DNA of 64,000 nucleotides from Paragordius varius (lineage: Eukaryota; Animalia; Nematomorpha): contig OZ176055.1 in assembly GCA_964247055.1 (NCBI GenBank), positions 2,170,001 through 2,234,000 of the forward strand, read 5' to 3'. The notes below the pieces were generated by a model. The model did no database searches. It worked only from the letters and a program-made list of their open reading frames with translations, and was not told where the DNA came from. How positions within the stretch are numbered: position 1 is the first letter of the stretch; every line of letters begins with the position of its first letter. The translations under genes were made by a program, and so were the position numbers. Of the stretch, positions 30,501 through 43,016 are shown piece by piece.

Positions 30501-33500
30501 ATTCTAAATTTATACTTTAAAAGAATTAATATCTGATATTCAAATTAATCCCTACTATTAAGATAAAAGATTGGCCCTGTTTTCCGTGTCGCGCAGTATT
30601 GATTGATATATCACATAATGGGGGTCGAATCCCTAAAATTGGTTATCTTACACGTTTTATCGATCTATTGGCTGCACTCAAATACAACAAGGTAAAAAAG
30701 CGTATTTTTTCGCTTTAAAAAAATCTTTTTTTTTATTTTAAATACAATATTTTTACAATCGAAATATGTATGAGTTGGTTGGATTTTTGCCTTTATTTCA
30801 ATAATATTTGAAATTTATTATTTCAAATTGTTAACTAGAAATGGATTAATTTTAATAAAAGATTGATTAAATTTAAATAAAATAGCTTATGCGCAAATAC
30901 AGATATAACTAAATATTTTTGAGTTGAATCCTTTAATATGTATAGAGAAATCGAAAGACTATTGAGTTTTCAATATGTTGCTTTATTAAATGTTTTTTCT
31001 TTTAGTTTTAAATGTCTTTTTTTAGATTTTAACTGATTTCTAGAATTAAAGAGATATTATCTGGAAAATTAAAAAAGGAATGGATAACCCATTATAGCAA
31101 AAAATAAATTAAAACTATTAAAAAAAATTTTTTTACACTTGAACCATTTTGTCTTGGTAGGTTTATTTATATTTAAATTAAAAAACAACGATTTACACAT
31201 AATTTTTTAAATATACCATTTACAGTTCGAATTCACCCTTCAATAATTCAAATTCACCTAAAATAAATTATGTGTTTTTCTACATTAAAAATTACTTTTG
31301 TTTTTTAATATTTTCAAATATGGGAATTCTGTTTAAAATTAGTATAATGCTGAAAAATAAACTATGTCGTTAAAATATATTTCATTTGATGAGTTATATT
31401 AGCCAAAAACACATAATTTATTTTTATGGTGAATTTCAAATGTTCAAGGGTGAATTTGATTTGTTCAAGGGGGAATTTGAATTGTTTAAGAGTGAATTTG
31501 AATTGTTCAAGGGTATTTAAATTTGAGTAAATGATATATTTTATTTTTACTATAGTTATATCTTCATTATTCGGCTACCATATATTCCAATATGGAATCT
31601 AAAAATGCCCGAACCTCATCACCTTATACACCTCTAGATATTTTATTCCTTGAACGGTATTGTCAAGAATGTTGTATTCAACTCTTACCAGCCATAGATG
31701 TCTCTATTATAACACCTAAAATAGAAAGTTCTTTCGGGGAAATCAATGATACAAAGAGCTTAGAATCTAATTTTAAATCCATAGAAAAGTAAGTTTGAAT
31801 TGCAAAAATTTATTCATAAATAGTTTAGAATTCCGGATACAATTTTTTTTAGCCTAATCCATAATAATATTTATTATATACCATTTACACCTCAAATTTA
31901 CCCTAAAATAAATTATGTTTTTAAGGTTAAAATTATCTATATTTTTATATTATTAAGAAAATAAAATTTTGTTTAAAATCTAAATAATAATGTAAAAATA
32001 ATTAACTACATAAACTTATATTTCATATTTATGATAAATTATATTAGTCCAATAACAATATTTAGGGTAAATTTAAACTTTTTTAGGGTGAAAAAGAATC
32101 GTTCGAGAGTGAATTTGATATGTAAATGGTATAATTAAGAATTTATATTGAATATACAGTAACAAGCTATATTTAATGGTTTTATAGGTATTTTTATTTC
32201 TGCATGCAAAGCGAGAGAGAGGGAAATAATTACAGTAGTGTATGGTATAAAAGAACTGACCTGCATAATTAAATAAACATAATTAATGTTATGGGTGAGG
32301 GGTGGAATATTTGGTGAAAGCATTTGTGTTTTTTTTACCATACATTTTTGTAGTTTTTTTTTATAATATATTTATTGCTTATATAGTTATATACCCTTTT
32401 AATAAGAAAAAAGTATATATGCTGACTTAATAAATTAAAATTTTTTTTAAAGTCCCATTGAACTAAATATTTTACTTGTCACGCTTTATTATTTTTTCCA
32501 TATTTACCATAGAATAATTGATGGGGAAAAGGATTGTATCAAACGGCTATTATGTCAATATTTGAATTCTTTTAGTTGTGCAAAGTATATATTTTATTTT
32601 CACGATTAAGCTTTCTTGTTAAATATTTAAAGGATATTTAAATGACTTGTAATTTTGTTTTAAAAAAATACTTTTTTGCATTTTAATTAATATATTATCT
32701 CTATTTTGCAAATTCTATATCGATTTATTTTGCAGAGACATTTATGTGGGATCTAATCTATCGCATCATATCATAAACGAAATATCCGCAAACTATGTAA
32801 ATACCACTACAGAAGGTTTGGAATTTATTATATACCATTTACCAAATTCACCCTTGAGTAATTCAAATTCACCCTTAAAATAAATTATTTTTCGCTGATT
32901 ATTAATATATACATCTTTATAACATTATTATTTTTCTGTATGATATTAATTTTAAACGAATTAAAAATATAAAAAATATAGGTAATTTTCAATCTTAAAA
33001 AACAAATAATTTGTTTTAGGGTTTTCAATTGATTGAGGGTAAATTTGAATTGTTTAAGGGTGAATTTAAACTGTAAATTGTATATTTTAAATATTTTTAT
33101 ATCTTTAGGGGATGACACCGACCTCCTTAGTTTTAATTCTTGCTGGTTAAATTTATTGCAATCACAGTATGGTTTGGGTGAAACTAATTTGTCGCTTCAA
33201 TGGAATGCCACCGCGCCACACGGAAATATTAAGTTAATTTCATCATTGGAAAAAATTGAATGCGTACTTGGCCAATTGGCACCTGATATCAATATATCAT
33301 TAACCATATCTCCACAAGTAAAAATATTTTATTCACCCACGTTTTAATTTGTTAGCTTATAAACTTTTAATTTAACTTTAATAAATGGGGGTAAAAGGAG
33401 ATTTGAATTAAAGATATAGAAAATTTGATTTTTAGAATAAAAAAACTAAAAATCGTTTTAACACTTTTTTTATAATAATTTAATTTTTTAATATAATAAT

Positions 33501-35269
33501 TTAATTTTTTATAAATAATTTCAATTAAAATGATATTCCCTAACATTAGTTATTATTATTAAGATGAACTTTTTTTCGGTTATAGAATGATTGGAATGAG
33601 CAATGCAAAATTATCAATGTGTTGGAACAAACTGGGTATTTTTTATCTAATGTCTATAATTTAGTCTTTAATTTAAATAATAGTTTCTGATTTTATGGAA
33701 ATTGTACAATTATAAGTGCTAGTAACCACATCATCAACTAAAGTATAAAATGAAATATATCATGGCAATTTCAAAATAATAAATTCAGAATATAGAAGAT
33801 TATATTTAGTGAAAAAAATAATTTTCACTCATTCTTAATTTCGAACATTAATAATATATAAAATATTCTCCACAGGTTTCATTTATATATTTATAAACGC
33901 ATTATATTTTTAAATGTTCAAAAACTATTTAAGTGAAACAAAAATATAAAACATTTGTAGCAAGAAATCCATTTTTAAACTGTGTATTAATTATCTCAAC
34001 GAGAAAAAAAAATAATAATCCCATTTTTCATATAGATGTCCGTATACTATTACATGTCAAAGTGCATGGTATAACAGTCTAGCAGGGAATTTCAAATCCG
34101 ACTTTCCAAACCATTTTAACATGCGCGAGGGAAAAAAGTACCACCAATCATCTAACCAGCTTGTTGAACAAAGCAATGAAACTAAAAACCTAAATTCTAA
34201 CATAGATGATGATATAAATTGCCAAAATTTAAGTTTGGATGATAAGAATGCAATGTTTAAGGCAGAACAATTTTTACACCCGCATGGTTATATCTATGCC
34301 ATTGGAAATTTTAATGGTGTAACGCACACAGAATGTGATAATCCTGCTTTTGTTGACCATTTGTTTGCGTGGCCTGCGTTATTAAGTAAGTAATGGGATA
34401 TTTTTTGTGTACATATATTACAGTAGCGTATGGCATAAAACAATATTTGTCCATAAAAGAATAATTAAATGTTTTTTTAAAAAACAACAACCCTAGTTGT
34501 ATATAGACATATCCATAATATCCCCTTGTTTTAAATATCTTTTATGAAATAATTTTTATGTCATACACTACTGTATAACTATGGTATAGTAGTAGTTAGG
34601 GCGCCGGACTCTTACACTGCGTGCCAGAGTTCTAACCCCATAGGCCTGGGCAGGCGAGTGTAAGCCTACATGTCCAGATACAATTTAAGTCCTTATTCTT
34701 TAATAAACAAAAAAAGGAAAAAAAGAGACTTTAAACTGTATATTTATTTATATTATAATTAAACAAGTGCTAATATTGAAATTGGAATAACGTAATTGTA
34801 AGTGTTTTTATTAATTATATAATAATCAACTTTTTAGAGGTTTTGATGTGATTAGCTACATTAACATTAAAAATGAGTTTTTGGGATAATTAAAGTGCTT
34901 ACATTTAAAATGTTGAATTCAATTAATCACTCTTTTGATTTTAGCCCAATCCATTTTAACATTTACAAAAATGATCAATCTAAATATTTTATATTTTATT
35001 TCAGCAGCTAAAAAGTCGTATTGTCTAACCTTATACTGTATTTAATAGAAAAGCTATAAAATATACTGCAAAATGTTTTGCAATATAAGGTTATATAGGA
35101 ATATATGTAATTTTTTTTATCGAGCATTTTTGCATATATTTTACATATATTATCGCTTTTTTTCAATTTATAGCACTATCCTCCTACCTTTGGAGCGGAA
35201 CCCTAATAAAGGTTAGTTTGATAATTAAATTTTTTTGAAAGAAAGATTAATTACATAGCATATACATTA

Positions 35270-35302
<33 letters not shown>

Positions 35303-38300
35303 GTTTTAAATGCATTGATATAAAAATTCTGCGCTGATTTTTTACATTATTTTACCGCTATTTAATTATTTTCCTTTTAATAACGAAAAATGGAAAAGGA
35401 ATAATTTTATTAGTTTATTCCACCACACCTTTGTTGGAAATCAATGCCCCTTCCATTTCTTTTACAATTAATATATTTTTATAATTCGAAAATCTTTTTT
35501 TTGCAAAAAAATACAGAATTAAAACGCATTTTTTTGCCAGGATTTAATTATTTTTCAAACGATTTTACAATTTATAGTTTGAAAAGTTTTAATAAAGAAA
35601 GAATATCTGTTTTTAATCAGGACATTTATGTATGGAGATATATGACACCAAACATCACATGCAATTAATTAATTGATCACAAATTTGTTAGAAATTGCAT
35701 TTTTTTTATAATAACGTTATATACTATCTTATATAGATAGATAGATAAGAATTTAAATTTTTTAAATATTGTTGTAGAGTTCATTTCCGTTGATGGTATA
35801 TTTTTGAAATAATGAAAATGAATTAATTTTTATGCTTTATATATAATTTAAAATGCATATTTTCATTGCAAAAAATATTAAAGATAAAAGGAAACCTAGG
35901 TGCATATGGTGAATAATCCTTTTTAAATTTACATATATGTACTTTTGCCATGAATTAAAAAATATCTAACATTGATTGCGATTGCACGCTTGAGTATATT
36001 TTTAGACTCACTAATGCGCAAATATATACGTAAACATGAATAGTCATAGATGGTGTTTACATTTTTAATTGTCCCTAAAAGTTGTAAAATGCAATATCCA
36101 ATGGTAATTTTTTTATTGTACCTATATATATTCATTTTATATAATAACCTTTACCCCCTATGTGTTGTAACTTATGTGTATGTTTTAAGCATACACTTGA
36201 ACTCTATATCCTTTTGTATATAAGAATTGAACGTTATTATTTTATTTCTTCTGTATTAATATTAAAAATATGTATTGATTGATTTAGGTAAAATTGAAAT
36301 TTTATCTTTAACTAAAAGATGTATATGGTATAAATGAGTGTATATATGAACACCCTATAAAGATATCATATTTAAGGATCTCTTACAGTAAAAATATGGA
36401 AATCTATATATATATATAGGCTCTTTTCTGTTTGCAAATTTTATGTTGACATTGATTTTAAGATATATAAGGGATGTATGTATATATGTTTATAAATCTT
36501 GCATTTCATATTGATTTTTATGGCCGTTATTATAAAAATATATGTAGATTTATATATAATTAAGATAGCGTGGTTTTTTCCAAGATATATAGCTTACATT
36601 ATAAATGGAAAATTGAAATGAAATATATATACCCTTGTTTGTAAATTTTAAATAAAATTGTAGAGTGTTATATATAATATAATTTTTGTAGCCGAATAAT
36701 ATATTATTTAGCATAGGCACGCTTCAGAATTAATGCATAAATGCCATATATATTCAAAAAATCTCTGCATATAAAATTTTTATATAGCCAAATTTTTAGC
36801 GTGTTTAGGGTCAAAATTTTTTATTTTTTACTGTTTACAAGCTATTTTATATTAGAATACTGTCCACAATCTATCATAGATTTTTAAAATCTTAAAAATA
36901 TGGAGAAACCATTTGTTTCAGATTTTACATTGAACAAAATTTATATATTTATATTTATTTAAGATTTTATCAATGCACCTAATAAAATAACTCTATCTTG
37001 TATTAGGACGATATATTTTATAATATAGACTATTGTCAAAAATGATTACCCCAATTTCACAATAAAAATCTCAAAAGAAACGTTTATTTTAAAATATATT
37101 ATTATTAATGAATATTGACACATAAATATCTCAGTTGATTTAAAGTTTTTATGGATTAAACAAACTTTAAAATGATACACAAAGACACACCTGGTTTATG
37201 GATATAAATAGATAAATATAAATAACTTAAGCCCTAAAGAAGATTGATCTTAATTGAATGGTATGTGTGACCTATAAAAAAAGTTTTGTTTTGATTATTT
37301 CCTGCAGACGAAGTCAAATCAAAAGTTTTTTTTGCAAAAAATATTTTTATTCACTTCAAGAAGCTAAAATATTTTGTATTTATCGTATATAATTTTGGTG
37401 AAAAAAAAACATACAAATATATATTCACCTGGCACTCTTTTGTTTAATTTAACTTGTTTCTCATTAACATTCTTGCCCTATGTGTGACATTGTTAAACAA
37501 AGTTAAATACATTAATGTTTAAGGGTCGAACAACAATAAACTAAACTATGTTTTTACTATGAAAATGTCATCTAAAACAATGGTATGTGGTACGCACCAA
37601 AAAAATTTGAAGGGCTAAAAAAATATTTTTTTTGTCTCAAGGGGCCATAATACCGATATAAATTTCATAGATGTTAAACAGATTTGCAGATATTTAATAA
37701 GTAAAACAAAAAATTCAATAAATTATGGCTCGGCCGCGGTTTGAGTATCCCCTGATCTAAAATGTATATTCTGTCATACTTGTATAAATTAGTTTGCGGT
37801 TCTAAATATCGTTTTACCCACAAATTTTTTTAGTGTGTAAAATTCATATAGCTTATCATATCTTAAAATAAATGTGTGTTGTTTTTCAGGAACAATTTTA
37901 TGGAAAAACGCTTCCTTACATCCTTAGTTGGCACATCTTTCCACAAGATGTGGAATGCGTTTTATCAAACACCCTGCTTGAGTTGATGGCCATAGAAAAT
38001 GATTTAAATTGTAAGGCTGGTGGGAACTTTAATCCAGGTGAAATAGATGACTCATGTAACTTAACATCGTTTGCCTATCAAATTTTGAAGTGTCCAGACG
38101 AAGTTGATATCCAAAATTTTACAGTGGAATATTTTAATGTAAGTATAGTATTTAATATTAGGAGACTTTAAACCAACTTTTAAATGTCACAGTTTTTTTG
38201 AGAGAAATTTTTAGCACAAATTTTGATATCTTTTGAAAAGATTAAAATTTTTAGAAATTAATAACTATATTGCATGATAGTTGACTTACATATAATGCTA

Positions 38301-40071
38301 AAAACATTTATTGCCCACATAGAAAATGGTGAAAATTTTACGGAAAATTAATAATAATCTTACGGCTTGGCAAAAAAAGCATGAAAATGCTCTGGAACAG
38401 GAACGACAAAAACCAGGTTCTTCCTCGTCCCAAATCCCATCTTCTGACAAAACAATGGTGTTGGCAAATGTAGGCAATCAAAAGGGCTTAGCTAATACCG
38501 CTAAAACCGGTTCCTTAGCCCTAGATAACTCGGTTAATACAGAGAGACCTCAGTCTCCAACATCTTTCTTTTCGAGTGGTTCGTTAGGTTTTCATTTTTT
38601 ATTCTCCCCTAACTTTTGAAGGAGAACATTTCTAGCTAATCTTTTAATTTTCTCTCCACCCCAGATAGTAGTAACCACACAAATACAGCTAATAGTAATA
38701 TGGGACCGTCACCTACGTTTCAAAGTCCGTTGGATACGTTAATATCCAACCTCTATTCCACGATTGAATTGTTAACGCTTGCTTGTAAGATTGCTAAAGC
38801 GCTTTTAAGCGCTGGTATACCTACGAATTCATCAACAACGACTACACCACTCCTCTCAACGCAAAATGGTACTACTACCAACTCTGTTGCCAATAAAATT
38901 ATTATAAATCCTGGCATAACTAATATCAATTCAATCGCAAAGACTGATTTAGCCAACAAGTATTTAAACTATAATTTGAGTATATTAAATATTCATCTAG
39001 TTTAGGAAAATTATATTTTACTTCAGAGGTAAGCAAATTATATAAAAGATATTATGGTGGTGTTTTGACAGAATTTTTTTGTTAATGATAATAATAAGTG
39101 TCGCACATCTAACAATACCGTTTCTTTGAAGTTTCATTTTTTTGTTATGTAATATAATTAAAAGGTCTCATTCACTTATAAAAAAGATGACAAACAACAA
39201 ATTGAAAATAGGATTGATAGATTTATTGAAGGATAAATTAATTAAATCTCAAATATTATTTAATTGTGTTGTATGGCCAAAAAATTGTTTTCAATATAGT
39301 GGTAAGAGGCAGCACGTTTTCAAACATATAAATTATTGTGTAGTTTGTTTCGATTTAAATATATATGATAGTATTATAATACTTATCTTATTGATTGCAT
39401 CAAGTACGTGTTTAGCTCTCATGAGTTTTTGTAAATTTTATTTTTTAAAATTAATTTTTCCCTTTCTTTTATAAAAAGTTGTTTAAGAAAAAAAGTTAAT
39501 TTGCTGACTATTAATTTTATCAATAACAAACTTGAGGTACATCATTATAAAAAGGTAATAATAAAGCTCCTTTTGATTTTTTTATTATAATCGATTCGTG
39601 AGAATTTTAAGAGTTCTAAATGACAATTGTCATATTTGTCTACTTATATACCTATAATATAATACTAAATTAAAAACGTACTTAATTTGTTTTTTTTAAA
39701 AAATAGATAATTTTCCAAGATTATTTTTTGCAATATTTTTTGCACCTATTTATATATGGCTTAATTTGCAATTTTTACCTATTTATTTATTTAGGGCAGA
39801 TGCCTACTAGATACTACTTATTAAATTTAGTTTTCAAATAAAAATTACAATAATATATATAAATTTAAAATAAATATATTTTTATATTGTTTGTAAATAT
39901 TTATGTTTTGCGATTATTTTTATATCATCATACAGAGTTTTAGACACTATAGCCACATTTAAGGCAAATTGGTTAGAACATTACATGGATATTAATCTCG
40001 ATGCAAATGTCGTTTATTTAGAACGCTTATTTCACCAATTGGTCCCAGGTCAAAAACTGGAAAATCTTTAA
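23942..40071 (+). CDS. Ankyrin-repeat + GH20b/GH20 hexosaminidase-like fusion protein (probable pseudoenzyme); 21 exons
   Basis: Phase-consistent exon chain: 23942-24014, 24041-24132, 24158-24318, 24352-24485, 24683-24821, 26317-26404, 27292-27515, 27957-28350, 28777-28878, 30563-30691, 31556-31788, 32513-32584, 32736-32815, 33109-33317, 33586-33635, 34036-34385, 35174-35211, 37890-38138, 38323-38587, 38665-38959, 39936-40071. Ankyrin motifs: GTMLHIATK, STPMHWAALYG, GYTVLHEA. GH20-type motifs: ILWPRP, GYRITV, GLYYG, IKDWPCFPCRAVLIDISHNGGRIP, YCQECCIQLLPAID, WYNSLAG. Confidence 0.8.
25535..26004. mobile_element. hAT-type MITE (10-bp TIR CAGGGGTGTC) containing a family D foldback element
   Basis: caggggtgtc at 25535 and gacacccctg ending at 26004; internal tataccatttatag...gtaaatggtata at ~25750-25960. 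The 8-bp TSD is only partial (ttttttaa/tttgccaa). Confidence 0.6.
27519..27552. repeat. (TA)n microsatellite; similar tracts near 27787, 35275, 46325 and 49628
   Basis: Directly visible dinucleotide runs. Confidence 0.9.
29269..30484. mobile_element. Tandem array of four foldback-like MITEs (family D) in an intron
   Basis: Units 29269-29524, ~29559-29884, 29924-30218 and ~30259-30484 (truncated). Each has TATACCATTTAC...GTAAATGGTATA TIRs and subterminal ~21-bp repeats (aagggtgaatttgaattgttc). Confidence 0.75.
31211..31540. mobile_element. Family D foldback-like MITE
   Basis: atataccatttacag left end; four tandem 21-bp units at 31430-31515. Confidence 0.7.
31877..32133. mobile_element. Family D foldback-like MITE
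   Basis: tataccatttacacc ... tgtaaatggtata. Confidence 0.7.
32831..33085. mobile_element. Family D foldback-like MITE filling most of intron 32816-33108
   Basis: tataccatttacc ... ctgtaaattgtata. Confidence 0.7.
34582..34650 (+). other. Degenerate tRNA-like sequence (possible SINE head or tRNA pseudogene)
   Basis: GC-rich island with an A-box-like tggtatagtagtagttagggcg and a B-box-like gagttctaaccc at tRNA-like spacing. The cloverleaf stems are poor. Confidence 0.3.
37560..37757 (-). repeat. hAT-type MITE end
   Basis: Reverse complement reads CAGGGGATACTCAAACCGCGGCCGAGCC; related GC-rich ends occur at 23310, 24945, 45545-45800 and 62664. Confidence 0.45.
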
Positions 40072-40397
40072 TTAGCAAGCAAATTCATTTTTTGTTTTGA
40101 TACTATCTATACACTTTTATTTAATTATTTTACTTTTAATATGATATAGCAAATATTGACAAACTTGTTTTTATTCATTAATCAGCTAGATTTGGTATGG
40201 GGCAATTTTTTATTTAATTTTATGTTAACCATAACAATTTTCAACATTTTAGCGATATTTAGTAAAAAATAGTATTTTATAATATAATATTATGTATAAA
40301 CATTGCATTCATTATTAGTAAACATGCATTTTATAGCAAAATAAATTTAGAGAAAACATAAAATATGTATTATTTATTTATTACAATTTCAAATAAG

Positions 40398-41112
40398 TCA
40401 AATAATTTTTTGAGCGATTTCAAGCAACTTTGTACAATCAGCCGCGCCACGATTTTGTCCTCGGCTCAGTGTTGTACGTCGCATTGTGTAACCCGAAACA
40501 GGAACTGTTATTCTTTTTCCCAAGGGGGCGTCTTTATCATCGACCAAAGCGATGACATTTTCATCATATTGGGGTATCATGGGTCTCTGTCTTTGCCTAC
40601 AACCTAAATATATTATATGAACGGTTGAAATCGAAAAAAATCGATTTTAGTAAGCTACAAAGTTATGAGGAAAATATTAAAATGCAGTCTAACCAAAAAA
40701 CTTTCTCAGGCACAGAAATATCCTTAAAAAAACCAAAATATACTAAAATTATTAGGTTTGATTCCATAACCCTATAATCTGACTTCTTTGTCCCGAATTT
40801 TTGTAAAAATTACGCGTCAATATGCCTAATTTGATTATTTCTAAACCGTATTACTATACTTTTATTTCGAAAACTTTACAAAAAAAATTATTATTTATGT
40901 GTGATGAGTTACCTATTACAATAGCTTTTCTTTTTTGTCCCATTATAGTAACTAAAATACGGTCTCCGATCCCGGCTTTTTTTGTATGATGATCGTAAAC
41001 ATGAATACATCTAGCATTTTTCCCAACTAATTTAGCTTCCTGAGCCAATTTGCTATCATCAACCACGTCACAGCGTGTCGTAAAAACGACATGATTTTGA
41101 GGGCGAGTTAAA
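40398..41112 (-). CDS. MRPL14: Mitochondrial ribosomal protein uL14m; exons 41112-40913 and 40603-40398, candidate first exon 43189-43161
   Basis: TRCDVVDDSKL...RCIHVY...AGIGDRILVTIMGQKRKAIVIG|CRQRQRPMIPQYDENVIALVDDKDAPLGKRITVPV...KLLEIAQKII matches the uL14m pattern. There is no in-frame ATG directly upstream of the 41112 acceptor. Confidence 0.85.
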
Positions 41113-41636
41113 CTTTTAGTTACAAAAACAAAATAATTTAAGGGTTTTTAAAACAAAAATATGCTTTTAAAATAAACGGTTTTTTAAAAAATTAATCTAT
41201 GGACCCAATAATTATATATAAAATTTATTACAGATACGATATATAGGTAAATTAATTGATATCTAAAGAGTTTGAAATGAAAAATTCTTGTGAATCAGTT
41301 TTGGACTCAAATTTATTGTTTGATGTAATAAAAAAGGGCGCCTTTGATCAAATGGAGAAAAGAAATGTAAAATAATTGCCCGAAAACATTAAAAATTTAA
41401 TTTGCGATGTTTGACTCAAAATAGGTTGTGATTTTTAGGAAAAATCCCTAAAATCTATAAATGCAAGAGTAATACATAATCAAACAAGTGTGTGGTTGCG
41501 TATACTGCCAACATTGTTGATTTGTGGTATAAATTACAAAATATATCAGTTAAAAAAACATTATAAAGTTCATATATAAAAATGTATAAATCATGATTAA
41601 AATGCCGGTGCACGTTTTTAACATCATCCATCCATT

Positions 41637-43016
41637 TCATTTTTTAAACAGGGTACGTTTATGTTTTGAAAATTGATGTCTTCGAACCATTGCATTGGTA
41701 CTTCTGGTAGAATTATTGTTATTTGCATTTTCAGAAGCCAAATCACCGGTAAGGTTGGTTCCACTCCAACTTTTGCTTTTAGTTTTAAAGTGTCGCAAAT
41801 CATTTTTATGGTCACTGTGTAGCATAGGCTTATACCCACGCGGTTCGCAGTGCTCGGCATACGATTCGTAAAAGGCCTTGTAGCCACCCTCCAAAACATA
41901 AATTTCTGGGTAAGTTAACCGAGGATAACTTTCTGAATTGATTTGGCGATCATAATTTCGGAAAAAACTGTAAAGCCGAGGTCCACGTTCTTGTGAATAT
42001 TCACAATGGAAGATATAAATATGATTATTATTATTATTGGTCTTATTACCAACGGATCTTTTAATCGGTGCAACATTTTCATCGTGATAAGTTGCTTCGC
42101 GGGTTGGGAAAAAGCGCTGTATAAGAGTGTCCCTGGTAAAGATATTAATTGCATTTTTGATGTGACCACCCTCATACTCGTATGGAAAACGACAATCAAT
42201 AATCGTGTAAGCGTCGACATTGGGAAACTTATTATTTAACAAATCATTTACGGTTTCAGGTCTCAAGGCCTTTAGCTCCGGATTTTTGGGCGAGGTGGTT
42301 AACGGAAGCAGATGTTTGCGTGAAAAATCACCGATGTAATCATCAACGGGCCCAGTACTTAAGTCATGTTTGATAATTTTATTTGAAGAGGGTGTATTCA
42401 ATTTTGGTGAATTACTAAGCTGAGGAATAACAACCTGATTTTTTAGATCATTATGATGAATTTTGTTGGAAACAGATCTACGTTGTTCATTGGTCGAACG
42501 ATTTTGATGCTGATTACCAAGTATAATGTTTTTAATTTCACCCAAACAACGCCGTGGTTGAGCTTGTTGAATACGGCCAAAAGCGTTAAGTTTTTTAACT
42601 AATGCGGAAGATTGGGCGAAGGGACTTTGGACTGTAGGTTTTGTTATTGATACGTTGGGATGCTTTGAAATAATTTTCGGTACTACAGGGGACGAATGAG
42701 CCTCGGGGTGCCCGATAATATTGTTTGCGCGGGGTGATATTATTGAAGGATGAAAATTATCAATGATTTGATTGATTGAATTGTAAGGTGACAGTAACAA
42801 TTTGGCGTTTTCAAACATTTTTTCGTTAAAAGCACAGGACATGTTATGTGATGTATTTAAAACATGATTCAATTCAAAATCATTATCAATTTGAGAATCA
42901 TTATGTGATGTTATATGAGCAAAATGTTTAAAAGAAGGCGTAGCTGGACTATAGCTACGATTTAATGGAATACCTTCCATTCGAAAAGATAAAACTGATT
43001 CACAAGAATCGTTCAT
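41637..43016 (-). CDS. CDC25: M-phase inducer phosphatase Cdc25/string, intronless CDS
   Basis: 459-aa ORF with IGDFSRKHLLP, IIDCRFPYEYEGGHIKNAIN, catalytic HCEYSQERGP (HCX5R) and YPEIYVLEGGYKAFY. Confidence 0.95.
   Translation of the reverse strand: MNDSCESVLSFRMEGIPLNRSYSPATPSFKHFAHITSHNDSQIDNDFELNHVLNTSHNMSCAFNEKMFENAKLLLSPYNSINQIIDNFHPSIISPRANNIIGHPEAHSSPVVPKIISKHPNVSITKPTVQSPFAQSSALVKKLNAFGRIQQAQPRRCLGEIKNIILGNQHQNRSTNEQRRSVSNKIHHNDLKNQVVIPQLSNSPKLNTPSSNKIIKHDLSTGPVDDYIGDFSRKHLLPLTTSPKNPELKALRPETVNDLLNNKFPNVDAYTIIDCRFPYEYEGGHIKNAINIFTRDTLIQRFFPTREATYHDENVAPIKRSVGNKTNNNNNHIYIFHCEYSQERGPRLYSFFRNYDRQINSESYPRLTYPEIYVLEGGYKAFYESYAEHCEPRGYKPMLHSDHKNDLRHFKTKSKSWSGTNLTGDLASENANNNNSTRSTNAMVRRHQFSKHKRTLFKK

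Noticed and set aside
29269-33085. Regularly spaced ~21-bp repeats resembling a CRISPR array
   Set aside because: The units are directly tandem without unique spacers, sit inside TIR-bounded MITEs in eukaryotic introns, and no cas genes are present.
41624-42239. ORFs overlapping Cdc25 (41624-41899, 41915-42220, 42006-42239)
   Set aside because: Alternative-frame or antisense shadows of a conserved CDS.
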